Source of the DNA: Eledone cirrhosa
Lineage: Eukaryota
Assembly: GCA_964016885.1 (NCBI GenBank)
Contig: OZ024749.1
Coordinates: 38,812,001 to 38,876,000 of the forward strand
Length of the DNA: 64,000 nucleotides
Direction of reading: 5' to 3'
This document shows positions 1-10,807 of this stretch, piece by piece. A program made the translations under genes and the position numbers. The stretch's first letter is position 1. Every line of letters begins with the position of its first letter. Below the pieces are notes generated by a model. It was given only the letters and a program-made list of their open reading frames with translations. It made no database searches and had not been told where the DNA came from.

Positions 1-138
1 CTGGACTCAAAAGTCACACTCGTTCAGCGCATCGGTAGGGGTTCTCCTACATGTATATAAAGTAGTGGCCGTACTCGAAAACGAGTTGGCAGCCACCATA
101 TGTATGTATATATATATATATATATATATTATAATAAT

Positions 139-350
139 GGTTGCTACTATAGGCACAAGGCCAGCAATTTGAAGGGGTGGGGAAAGTCGATTAAATTGGC
201 CCCACTGCATTACTGGTGCTTTATTTTTTCGATCCCGTAAGGATGAAAGGCAAAGCTAACTTCGGCGGATTTGAACTCAGAACGTAAAGGACCGACACTC
301 TATGCTGCAAAGAATAATGTCCAACGCTCTACCGATTTTGCCAATCCACC
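139..350 (-). mobile_element. tRNA-derived SINE, family 1 (Meta-core-like), older copy
   Basis: minus strand has A-box-like TGGCAAAATCGG, B box GTTCAAATCC and core GCCTTTCATCCTTACGGGATCGA. Confidence 0.8.
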
Positions 351-651
351 ATACATTTCCCAGGCTAGCATGGGATAGACGGGTTGTCCCCTTAGAGACA
401 AGTCAGATCAGGTGACCGTGCCTTGCTTAAACTTTACAGTGTAAGGGTGGCGTGGACAGAAATGGGGGGATGAGGTTGGAGGAGATGTATGGAAGGGGGT
501 ATAGTGGTTAGGAGGTGCCTACTAGATGTATGTTTGAGATATATGTTATATAATATAATATATTAAACTTAAGCCCAAATCTCATTTGGGAGGGAGATAC
601 AACTTATATAATGCCTGAACCATGGTTTCTGAAACTAATATATGTATATAT

Positions 652-990
652 GGGGGCACATGGCTTAGTGGTTAGAGCATTGGTCTTGCAATCGAAAGGT
701 TGTGAGTTCAATTCTCAAACCGGGTGATGTGTTGTTTCCTTGAGCAAGACACTTTATTTCACATTGCTCCAGTTTACTCAGCTGTAGAAATGAGATGATA
801 GGGGCTGGTGTCCCTATCATTCCACTGCAAAGTGGTCGTGGAGGTGCCACGGCAAAAAAGCACCCAGCACTCACTGTAAATGAGGTTGGTGTTAGGAAGG
901 GCATCCAGCTGTAGAAATCAAGCCAGAATCAGTTCCCGTCCCACCCTTGCAAGCAGGGAAAAGCGGACGTAAAATGATGATGATGATATA
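652..990 (+). mobile_element. tRNA-derived SINE, family 2, full length with RTE-type tail
   Basis: TGGCTTAGTGG A box, GTTCAATTC B box, CCTTGAGCAAGACACTT core, tail CCCTTGCAAGCAGGGAAAAGCGGACGTAAAA(TGA)n; near-identical copies elsewhere in window. Confidence 0.88.
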
Positions 991-1002
991 GATATATATA
1001 TA

Positions 1003-2330
1003 GCGGAATCAATGGCCAAGCTAGAGAAGAAATTCCAAACATGGAAGCACGGCCTAGAGTCAAAAGGACTTAAAATTAACCTGGCTAAGACCAAAGTGCT
1101 AATTTGTAGGAAAGAAAACAAGGCGGCGGTCCCTTCTGGGAAATGGTCGTGCTCGGTGTGTAGGAAAGGCGTAGGTAGAAACTCCATTTTATGTCCTAAA
1201 TGCAAAGTATGGGTGCATAAAAGATGTAGTGGGATCACAGGTAAGCTAACTAAGAACATAGATTTTACATGTGGCCGGTGCTCTGGTGCAATAAGTAGCA
1301 GCAAGTGCCCACAAAATACTAGCTCTTTCAATTGCGCAGAGGGTTCTATAGAAATAGTGGACAGCTTCCGTTACCTGGGCGATAAAATCAGCAGTGGGGG
1401 AGGGTGCTCTGAAAGTACTGTAGCTAGAGTCAGAACTGGTTGGAAAAAGTTCAGAGAGCTTATACCACTATTAGCTGCTAAAGGGTTCTCACTAAAAATG
1501 AAAGGCAGGTTGTACGATGCCTGCATACGAACAGCAATGCTGCATGGCAGTGAGACCTGGGCATTGTGTGCAGAGGATATACGCAGACTAGAGAGGAACG
1601 AAGCTTGCATGCTCCGCTGGATGTGTAACAGTAATATACGTGAACGGCAAAGCATAAACGAACTAAGGAAAAAATTAGAGATAAGAGGGATCAGATGTTG
1701 TTTACTCGAGAGAAGGCTACGTTGGTATGGACACGTGATGCGCATGAAAGTCGACAGCTGTATAACAAAGTGCAGGGCAATAAAGATAGACGGTAGTCAC
1801 GGAATAGGCAGACCTAGAAAAACCTGGGACGAGCTGATAAACTCCGACATCACACACTTACACCTCTCCAAGACAATGTCACTGGACCGAGACCTTTGGC
1901 GGTACTCAGTAACAGAGAAGACCCGCCTTACCTAAATATATAGTAAAACCTACTCCAGCCAGTAGGCATCTCTAACAAAATACACCCCGTCCCACCACCA
2001 CCACCCCCACCCCATCCACACCACCCCGTTCTATGTAAAGTTATGTTGGTGCCGCGCCATCGAGGCCGAAACAAATGAGATCGTGTAGGTGTCACGACAA
2101 AAAAACACACAGTCCACGCTGTAATGTGGCCGTGTAGGCAACACGGTAAAAACCTCCCAGACCCACACTGTAAATGTGGTTGGTGTTAGGAAGGGCATCC
2201 AACTGTAGAAAACCTGCCAGACAGTCCTATGCGAGCAAGACAATCACTCTTGCCTCAAGTGGGACTACCCCCGTCCAAACCCATGCAAGCGTGGAGCACG
2301 GACGTTAAACGTTGATGATGATGATGATGA
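1003..2330 (+). mobile_element. 5'-truncated RTE-clade LINE (RT C-terminal ORF 1012-1935 plus 3'UTR and (GAT)n tail)
   Basis: 307-aa ORF with GLKINLAKTK, FRYLGD, MLHGSETW, RRLRWYGHVMR and GRPRKTW motifs typical of RTE reverse transcriptases. Confidence 0.92.
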
Positions 2331-2336
2331 TATATA

Positions 2337-2494
2337 GGAAAATGTTTAACCTCGACGGCAGAGCTCAAGCCGTTTCGACTGCTTGAGCTCTGCCGTCGGG
2401 GTTAAACATTTTCCTATTACCCACTCTACTACCCTAAGTATTGAGTACTCTGGTGCGTTATGGTCCATCTGGTTCCTTACCACACTTCCTTCGT
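2337..2494 (+). mobile_element. palindrome-plus-tail element family A, copy 1 (centre deleted)
   Basis: self-complementary 2337-2414 followed by about 80 bp tail shared with other copies; TA flanks. Confidence 0.8.
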
Positions 2495-2495
2495 T

Positions 2496-2533
<38 letters not shown>

Positions 2534-2586
2534 TATTAATATATAAGGGAACAAAGAATCAGTGTTGCATCATTTAGATATTTAAT

Positions 2587-2680
2587 TACATATTACATAT
2601 GTTTCACTGTCGATCAGCTCGAAGAACAATCAATTAATGATCGATCCTGACTCTGAAATAGGAAGCTCCTCAGATATGTA
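2587..2680 (-). ncRNA. type I hammerhead ribozyme motif with long branched stem II, in a TA-flanked element (about 2545-2747)
   Basis: minus: UACAUAU-CUGAGGA-GCU...AGU-GAAA-CAUAUG-UA/AUAUGUA; 7-bp stem I, palindromic stem III, GUA site. Confidence 0.75.
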
Positions 2681-3443
2681 TTCACATGTAGACTCGCGCC
2701 TAAGAGTGGTTGGATAGTTAGTTATACCAATTGCACCTCTAATACCTATATATATATATATATAGTACTCACTGTAAATGAGGTTGGTGTTAGGAAGGGC
2801 ATCCAGCTGTAGAAATCAAACCAAAATCAGTTCCTGTATGAGCAAGACATGGTCACCTGACCTGGCATTGCTCACAACAGGGCAACCCATCTAACCCATT
2901 CTAGCGTGGAAGAATGGATGTAAAACGGTGATGATGATGATGATATATCATCATCATCATCATTTTACGTCCGCTTTTCCCTGCTTGTTATCTAACCTGA
3001 TTGTTTTTTCGTTGCTTTGGTATTATGTAGCTAGGCTCGCCTGCTGCAGTTTTCAGTTTGTCACGCTATCTAATGTATGTTATTACTCTAAGGTGACACA
3101 GCCTTATTGAGTGCTTTGCTGCACATTCTTAATTGTATATCGTTAGCTTAGCCACAGCCAAAACTTCGATTTTACTAAACTTCCATTTGTATATATATAT
3201 ATATATATATACTTGTATATAAGGAAAAGAGTACCTTTTATTTTTATTATATTCAACATTGACTGGATAACTGAATTAATTTTTCATTTTCAGCTATGTC
3301 CAAACACTGTTTCAACAGGAAATGCTTTCTGGGTCTTGTCATTATAAGCTGTAAATATTGATTTATATGATTTATATGATAACAAGATCTGGAAATTGAT
3401 TTACCTTGTCATAAAACTAGGCTGAAAAACTTTCTTTCGTGAA

Positions 3444-3474
<31 letters not shown>

Positions 3475-3515
3475 CGAAACATAAGTCAATTGCATGAACT
3501 CATAATCCTTTATTT

Positions 3516-3571
3516 ACTGCTATATATATTTCGATGATAGCCATTGAATGGCTATGACCTCATCAGGCAGT
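3516..3571 (-). ncRNA. type I minimal hammerhead ribozyme motif in a TA-flanked element (about 3471-3635)
   Basis: minus: ACUGC-CUGAUGA-GGUcAUAGCCAUucaAUGGCUAUcAUC-GAAA-UAUAUA-UA/GCAGU, then AAUAAA. Confidence 0.82.
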
Positions 3572-3634
3572 TAGTCAGTTCTTAGATATGCCAGCTCTGT
3601 GTGTATAGTGTTGATGATATCAGAGCCTTGGGAC

Positions 3635-3679
<45 letters not shown>

Positions 3680-3681
<2 letters not shown>

Positions 3682-3868
3682 AACAAGTAAGACCCCGACG
3701 GCTGAGCTCAAGCCGTTTTGACGGCTAATTCTGGACTGAATTAGCCGTCGAAACGGCTTGAGCTCAGCCGTCGGCGTCTTACTTGTTCCTATTACCCACT
3801 CTACTACCCTAAGTATTGAGTACTTTGGTGCGTTATGGTCCACCTGGTTCCTTACCACATTTCCTTCG

Positions 3869-3869
<1 letters not shown>
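3680..3869 (+). mobile_element. palindrome-plus-tail element family A, copy 2
   Basis: about 52-bp inverted arms around TGGACT (3732-3737), shared tail, inside (TA)n. Confidence 0.85.
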
Positions 3870-3910
<41 letters not shown>

Positions 3911-4055
3911 AAAGGCGGTGAATTGGCAGTTGTTAGAATGTCGGATAGAATGCTTTATGGTATTTGCTTCGGGGTTTCTGCCCTCTAAGGTCAACTTTGC
4001 TTTAAACGATGATGATATATATATACCTACATTTCACATCTGGTCTTGTCCTATT

Positions 4056-4830
4056 ACCACCTTTACTCAGGCCTACATTTTACAGCTGGTCTAATCTTAT
4101 TTCCACCTACATTTCACAGCTGGTCTAATCTTATTTCGACCTACATTTCACAGCTGGTCAATCCTATTTCCACCTTTACCCAGGCCTACATTTCACAGCT
4201 GGTCTGATCCTTTTTCCACCTTTATTCAGGCCTACATTTCACAGCTGATCTAATCCTATTTCCACCTTTACTCAGGCCTATATTTCACAGCTGATCTAAT
4301 CCTATTTCCGTCTTTACTCAGGCCTACATTTCACAGCTGGTCTGATCCTATTTCCACCTTTATTCAGGCCTACATTTCACAGCTGGTCTAATCCTATTTC
4401 CACCTTTAGTCAGGCTTACATTTCACAGCTGGTTTAATCCTATTTCCGTCTTTACTCAGGCCTACATTTCACAGCTGGTCTGATCCTATTTCCACCTTTA
4501 TTCAGGCCTACATTTCACAGCTGGTCTAATCCTATTTCCACCTTTAGTCAGGCCTATATTTCACAGCTGGTCTAATCCTATTTCCGTCTTTACTCAGGCC
4601 TACATTTCACAGCTGGTCTAATCCTATTTCCACCTTTACCCAGGCCTACATTTCACAGCTGATCTAATCCTATTTCCACCTTTAGTCAGGCTTACATTTC
4701 ACAGCTGGTTTAATCGTATCTCCACCTTTACCCAGGCCTACATTTCACAGCTGATCTAATCCTATTTCCACCTTTAGTCAGGCTTAGATTTCACAGCTGG
4801 TTTAATCGTATCTCCACCTTTAGTCAGGCT
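4056..4830. repeat. 46-bp minisatellite, about 16 units
   Basis: unit CAGGCCTACATTTCACAGCTGGTCTAATCCTATTTCCACCTTTACT, e.g. starts at 4181 and 4227. Confidence 0.95.
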
Positions 4831-4890
4831 TGCCTATGTCATGCATGTAGCCAATCAAATGGCTATCTTAATCCCCACACACATACATAC

Positions 4891-5326
4891 ACAAGCTACC
4901 TGCATCAGTTGTTAGCTGGCAAGACACTGCATCCTTTAAAACCTCCATGCTACCTAAAATTCACCAACACTACACCTGATATCCCCCCTCCATACACACA
5001 CACTCATGTATACCATGACTCATACACTATTCACTTTCCTGACATTTGAACATTATTTTAAGGGTGGGTTGGCAGTATCAGTAGAGGGTCAGACACCATG
5101 CTTAGTAGCATGGAGTTATGGCCCGTTACGGTCTGAGTTCAAATCCCGCTGAGGTTAACTTTGCCTTTCATTCTTTCGAGGTTGATAAAATAAAGCACCA
5201 GTAATGCACTGGGATAATTGCTGGCCTTGTGCAAAAAGTGGAAACAATTATTCTATGTACTATACATGCACCTTTGATGAGTTATAGTGCACCTGAGCAG
5301 TGCACACAATAATTTCATTATTATTA
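4891..5326 (+). mobile_element. CR1/L2-group LINE 3' end interrupted by a family 1 SINE (5062-5252)
   Basis: matches 22483-22720 on both sides of the SINE. Confidence 0.8.
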
Positions 5327-5867
5327 TCTTTATTATACACAGGTCTACTGGTTTATATATCACCACCACCATCATCATCATCATCATCATCATAATTTAA
5401 TTCTCACTGGCACCATGTCCTGTCCTAATAAATTTTTGTTTCAAATACTTAAATACACATTATTGCATTATTGTATACTAGCAGAAAAACCACTCTTTGG
5501 GTGGTTTTCTGCTAGCATGTGTAGTGTGTATATTGATATTATACACAAGTATATATGCATGTAGATATGATACATCAAATAAAATCGTAATTGACAATAT
5601 ACACAGAAATTGAACAAAGACTGTGTTACACTGTCTTATGTAATCAGTAACGTAATCCATGATACATTAAAAAAAAAGACGATATTATATATAAACTGCA
5701 TTAGGAGAAAATTGGTGACAGAAATATATGAATATTTATTTAAATGTTCACTAACTGGAACTGTTGACATTTGAAAATTTTAAAGAAGTGAATTTTTAAA
5801 TAAGAAATAAAATATATTTAATGAACAGCCACGAAATTTAGTGAATAAATTATGTAATATTCATTCT

Positions 5868-6013
5868 CTAGCATAGTTACGTCCCTTTACAGTCTGAGTT
5901 CAAATCCCGCCGAGGTTAACTTTGCCTTTCATCCTTACGGGGTCGATAAAATAAAGTACCAGTAATGTACTGGGTAATTGCTGGCCTTGTGCCTAAAGTA
6001 GAAACAATTATTT
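5868..6013 (+). mobile_element. SINE family 1, 5'-truncated
   Basis: GAGTTCAAATCCCGCCGAGGTTAACTTTGCCTTTCATCC...GTAGAAACAATTATT. Confidence 0.88.
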
Positions 6014-6131
6014 ATTCAAAGTAATCCAACTTATTTTACTAAGGGGATAAAAAATTATAAACTGTACGCAGTCCTGCACTTCTTACTTTATTATAGTTTA
6101 GATTTTAATGTTTGTTTACTTTCTCTTTTAG

Positions 6132-6166
6132 GAACTGACATTTTTCACCAGACAAGACATTTTAAA
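6132..6166 (+). CDS. CIB1: CIB1-like calcium and integrin-binding protein, first coding exon found (probably exon 2)
   Basis: ttttag|GAACTGACA...TTAAA|gtaagt, 35 bp, ELTFFTRQDIL(N); resembles CIB family DLTFLTKQEIL; phase 2 end matches next exon. Confidence 0.9.
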
Positions 6167-6204
6167 GTAAGTATTGTTTTTTTTGTTTTTTTTTGTTGTT
6201 ATTT

Positions 6205-6700
6205 ATTGGTGTTGGTGGTAGTGGTGGTGGTAGTGGTGGTAGTGGTGGTGGTGGTAGTGGTGCTGGTGCTTGTGTCAGTGGTGTTGTTGGTGGTGGTGCT
6301 TGTGTTAGTGGTGGTAGTGCTTGTGTCAATGGTGTTGGTGTTGGTGGGGCATGTGTTAGTGGTGACTGGCAGTGGGAGTAGCAGTTGTGCTGGTGGTGTT
6401 GGTATTGGTGGTGCTTGTGTTAGTGTGGGTAGCAGTTGTGGTGATATTGTTTTTGGTGGTGGTGGTGCTTGTGTTAGTGGTGTTGGTAGCAGTGGTAGTG
6501 GTGGTAGCAGTTGTGGTGGTGGTGCTTCTGTCAGTGGTGTTGGTGGTGGTAGGAGTTGTGGTGGTGCATGTGTCAGTGGTGTTGCTGGTGCATGTGTTAG
6601 TGGTGTTGGTGGTGGTGCGTGTGTTAGTGGTGGCAATGGTAGTAGTGGTAGCAGTTGTGGTGCATGTGTCAGTGGTAATGGTGGGAGTTGTGGTGGTGAC
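6205..6700. repeat. (GGT)-derived low-complexity repeat
   Basis: degenerate GGT/GTT/AGT triplets with recurring GGTGCTTGTGTTAGT. Confidence 0.9.
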
Positions 6701-6714
6701 ATTTATGATAATGA

Positions 6715-6908
6715 AATAATTGTTTCTACTTTTGGCACAAGGCCAGCAATTACCCAGTACATTACTGGTACCTTATTTTATCGACCCCGTAAGGATGAAA
6801 GGCAAAGTTAACCTTGGCGGGATTTGAACTCAGAATGGCAAGGGTCATAACTCTATGAATCAAAGCATGGTGTTCGACCCTCTACCGATACTGCCAATCC
6901 ACCGCCCT
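6715..6908 (-). mobile_element. SINE family 1, full length
   Basis: reverse complement of GGCGGTGGATTGGCAGTATCGGTAGAG...GTAGAAACAATTATT. Confidence 0.9.
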
Positions 6909-7253
6909 TTTGATAATGCAATAATATTCATCAGTCATTCAAGCCACAACAATATTTGAAACATTTAGTAAGAACAATAGGCTGGTAATAACCAGCCTAT
7001 TGTTCTTTACTAAATGTGGTAAATATTTTCATGAAGGACATGTGAGAATTTACATACATCATCAGCAGGTGTCTTTTCCTAATTAGTGTTGCTATAAAGA
7101 TACTTTTCAATTAACATTGATGTCTAATTATAAACTAATTGTAAAATAAAATAAAACCCCCAAAAAATCCTTGATCTAATTTCCATTGTTCTAATATACA
7201 GCTATATACAGCAACTTAAACTTTCTTCTTGTTGAACTTTATATACTCTCAGG

Positions 7254-7880
7254 TAGAGGCGTCACTTGGGTATAGGCAAACATGGCTCGTGCCATGGGTG
7301 ACACTCGAAGCGGGGCACCACTTGAACTAGGAGCTATCATCAGTATGATCTCATCATCATCATCATCATTTTACGTCCGCTTTTCCCTGCTTGTTGGTAT
7401 TGGTGGTGCTTGTGTTAGTGTGGGTAGCAGTTGTGGTGGTGGTAGTGGAGGTGGTAGCGGGAACTGATTCTGGCTTGATTTCTACAGCTGGATGCCCTTC
7501 CTAACACCAACCTCATTTACAGTGTGGGCTGGGTGCTTTTTTGCCGTGGCACCTCCACGACCACTCTGCAGTGGAATGATAGGAACCCAGTCCCTATCAT
7601 CTCATTTCTACAGCTGAGTAAACTGGAGAAATGTGAAATAAAGTGTCTTGCTCAAGGAAACAACACATCACCCGGTCTGAGAATTGAACTCACAACCTTT
7701 CGATTGCAAGCCAATGCTCTAAGCACTAAGCCAAGTGCCTCCACATTTTGATTATCATGGGTGGCTGGAACACTAAACTATTTCTATGAATTATTAGGTC
7801 CATAGGTAAAAATACAGTGCTGGTCAGGGGTGCAATTTCACAGCTTGCCACAGGCAATATTTTCCCTAGTTACACCTCTG
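7254..7880. mobile_element. hAT-like non-autonomous DNA transposon containing a family 2 SINE (7350-7743, minus strand)
   Basis: imperfect TIRs TAGAGGCGTCACTTGGG / CCCTAGTTACACCTCTG; 8-bp TSD CTCTCAGG (7246-7253) and CTCTCAGA (7881-7888). Confidence 0.65.
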
Positions 7881-8227
7881 CTCTCAGATCTCAAATAATA
7901 GGGGTGGTGGAATAAGCAAGGGTTGGAAAATCGATAATTTTTCTAGGTTGTCTTTGTTGATCTTTTTAAAAACTAGAATTAGTCGGTTAGTTTACATATT
8001 GAGACCCCAAACCATCCTATTTATTTTATAATGTATAGGATTTCTTGTAATGTATGTTTTTTAATGTGTTAAGAAAATTGTCGCAGGAATGCTACCAGTT
8101 AAAATAAAATTTCGCCAGAGATAGATAATCAAGATTTAATAAGTAGAAAAAAATCTGTGGAAAAAATAAGTGAAAAAATCTGAAAAATTAATAAACAGGG
8201 AGGGGATGATTATTTGAGACCCAAGAA

Positions 8228-8293
<66 letters not shown>

Positions 8294-8377
8294 AGTGAAC
8301 TCTGTATACACAGGTGGATTGCATATATTCACAGCAATTTAAACATTCTTGTTGTTGGACTATATATACACTGTAAC

Positions 8378-8412
<35 letters not shown>

Positions 8413-8596
8413 AATATTAATAAATATAGACATTCATGTGATCAAATATATTTTATTATACATATTTCAGAGATACTGAGCTATTTCAACAGTACGTCCT
8501 TGTCAGATAAAATAACTCCAGAAAACCTTCTTGTAGAGTGCTTATAATCTATTGTGAAACTTTATTCATTGATGAATTCATTGAACCTTGTTAAAC

Positions 8597-8651
<55 letters not shown>

Positions 8652-9289
8652 TTGACTGTATATACAGCATTCTAAACAATCTTGTTGGATTATATGTATA
8701 CACAGGTGGAATCACTATATATACACAGCAACTTAAACATTCTTGCTGTTGGATTACATGTATATATACACACACAGGTGGACTCTATATATATACAGCA
8801 CTCTAAACATTCTTGTTAGTGTTGGATTATATGTATACACAGGCATACTATATATACACACCAACTTAACATCCTTATTGTTTGATATACACAGGAGGAT
8901 TATATAAAAAGCAACCTAAATATCCTGTTGTTGGGCTAAAGCTATAAATAACACTCTTTCTTTAATAAAATAACTTTCTCTAACAACTTTGGATATTAAT
9001 TCAGCCTTTATGGCTGCTATTATCTCACTGGCTACATATCTATGTATAATACACAGGTCACTTAGTATAAAACATGTTCATTGTCACCATCATCATCATC
9101 ATCATTTTATGGCTGCTGTTCATGTTAGAATGAGGTGGACAGGTTTTCACTGTCCAAGTTTAGCTGGACAGGAGAGAGCTTATCTTACATATCTTCCATA
9201 TTTGAATAAGATAGTCATATGTATTGATCTCATTTATACTTTCCTACTTTACCATGCTAGAAGGGCCTTTTACAAGTTACCAGAGTAAA

Positions 9290-9635
9290 ATACATCCAGT
9301 ACACTCTGTAAAGTGAGTGGTAATTGGACGGAGGTAATATAGGTTAGAGAGGACTCTACAGTCTTGCTGAGTACATTACAGCCTCTCTAGTGTTGGTGGC
9401 ACAATAAAATACACCTAGTACACTCTGTAAAGTGAGTGGTTATTGGACGGAAATAATATAGAGTAGAGAGACTCTCTATATTGGTGGCACAATAAAATAC
9501 ACCCAGTACACTCTGTAAGTGGGTGGTTATTGGAGGGAGATAATATAGGGCAGAGAGAACTCTACAGTTTTGCTGAATACATTACACCCTCTTTAGTGTT
9601 GGTGGTACAATAAAGTACACTCTGTAAAGTGGGTG
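9290..9635. repeat. diverged tandem repeat, about 3 units
   Basis: recurring AATACACCCAGTACACTCTGTAAAGTGAGTGG. Confidence 0.75.
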
Positions 9636-10333
9636 GTGTTGGGAACATATGATGAGCAACACATGTTTATCCAACCCATCCTGTTTCAGACTGTCATGAC
9701 CTGTTCAACATATGCCAGCATAGAAAATGATTACGATGGTGATGATGTTCATTATTGGCCTTATTCCTTCAAAAAATGTTCAGGATTTCCTTCCCTTAAA
9801 TATATAAATGAAGACGTAATCTATTGGTAAGGTTCACAGTTATAAAGTCAGGGTTTTAATTCCTATCCTAGGCGGCACATGGTATCCTTGAGCAAGGTAA
9901 TTCATTTCATGTTGCTCCTATTCAACAATAAGTATTTTAATGTTTGATTCTTACAAAAGTGATCCTTTTTGAGGCCATGATTTTACAGTTGAATGCCCTT
10001 CCTGATGACCTCTTACATTGCAACTAAAAATGAGAAGGGTGGTGAAATCAGAGTAAGCTGTTGCGTGATAAACCTCTAGGTTCAATAAAGACTTTTTAAA
10101 CAAGTAAATTAGCTCTGTGAAATTAATTCTTAATTAATTTAAATTATCTCCCCTTGTTTTTGAGAGTTGCTCACAACTACCACTAGGTTTTGTTCTTTTT
10201 TCTCCAATTAACAGATTTCCATTGAGAATTTTTCACATATGTCATTCATTGTGTGTGCTTTTATATTTCGAGAAGTTCTGCTTTAAATAATATACCTGAT
10301 ATTTATATAATCCTATACTGCTTTCCATTTTAG

Positions 10334-10430
10334 TGTCTATGACTGCTATAAGGTGCTTGCTGGTGGTAAAGAAATTGATCGGAATCTCAGACTTGATCAA
10401 GAAACCATTTGTCAACTGCCAGAATTAAAA
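10334..10430 (+). CDS. CIB1: CIB1-like, internal coding exon
   Basis: tttag|T GTC TAT...TTA AAA|gttagt, 97 bp, VYDCYKVLAGGKEIDRNLRLDQETICQLPELK; LPELK is the CIB motif. Confidence 0.92.
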
Positions 10431-10623
10431 GTTAGTTACTCTTTGGTCATCACTCTCTCTCTCTCCCACCCCTCCTCATTCATTTATGTTTACCTTAACT
10501 TTCTTGATACCAACTCAGTCATAATCAGTTCTGCTTCTATGAAACAAAATCATCCTTTTAAAAGATTAAAACCACACAGCCATATCCTGTTATTGATATT
10601 TCTGTAATATTGTTTTGTTTCAG

Positions 10624-10771
10624 GTGAATCCATTTAAGGACAGAATTTGTAAAGTTTTCTCCTCAAGTGATGATGGTTCAATGACATTTGAGGACTTTCT
10701 GGATATGATGTCAGTTTTAAGTGACAATGCCCCCAAAAATGTCAAAGTCAATTATGCTTTCAAAATTTATG
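10624..10771 (+). CDS. CIB1: CIB1-like, internal coding exon (EF-hand 2 region)
   Basis: tttcag|GTG AAT CCA...TAT G|gtaagt, 148 bp, VNPFKDRICKVFSSSDDGSMTFEDFLDMMSVLSDNAPKNVKVNYAFKIY; diagnostic CIB NPFxxRICxVFS and YAFxIxD motifs. Confidence 0.96.
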
Positions 10772-10807
10772 GTAAGTAAATTATTATTATTATTATTATT
10801 ATTTTAG

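Noticed and set aside
1-100. Structured fragment with nested hairpins (GTGGC...ACTCG-AAAA-CGAGT...GCCAC) next to a TA run
   Set aside because: Cut by the window edge; no recognisable core or second copy
3294-3350. Possible CIB first exon (tttcag|CTATGTCC...AAGCT|gtaaat)
   Set aside because: The only frame that joins the next exon in phase 0 contains a stop; no Met-Gly start; lies in a TA-flanked insert
6193-6811. Gly/Cys- or Val-rich ORFs
   Set aside because: Translations of a GGT-type repeat inside a CIB intron, open in several frames
8478-8506. Minus-strand CTGACAA-GGAC...GTT-GAAA hammerhead relic
   Set aside because: Core altered; stems I and III do not pair
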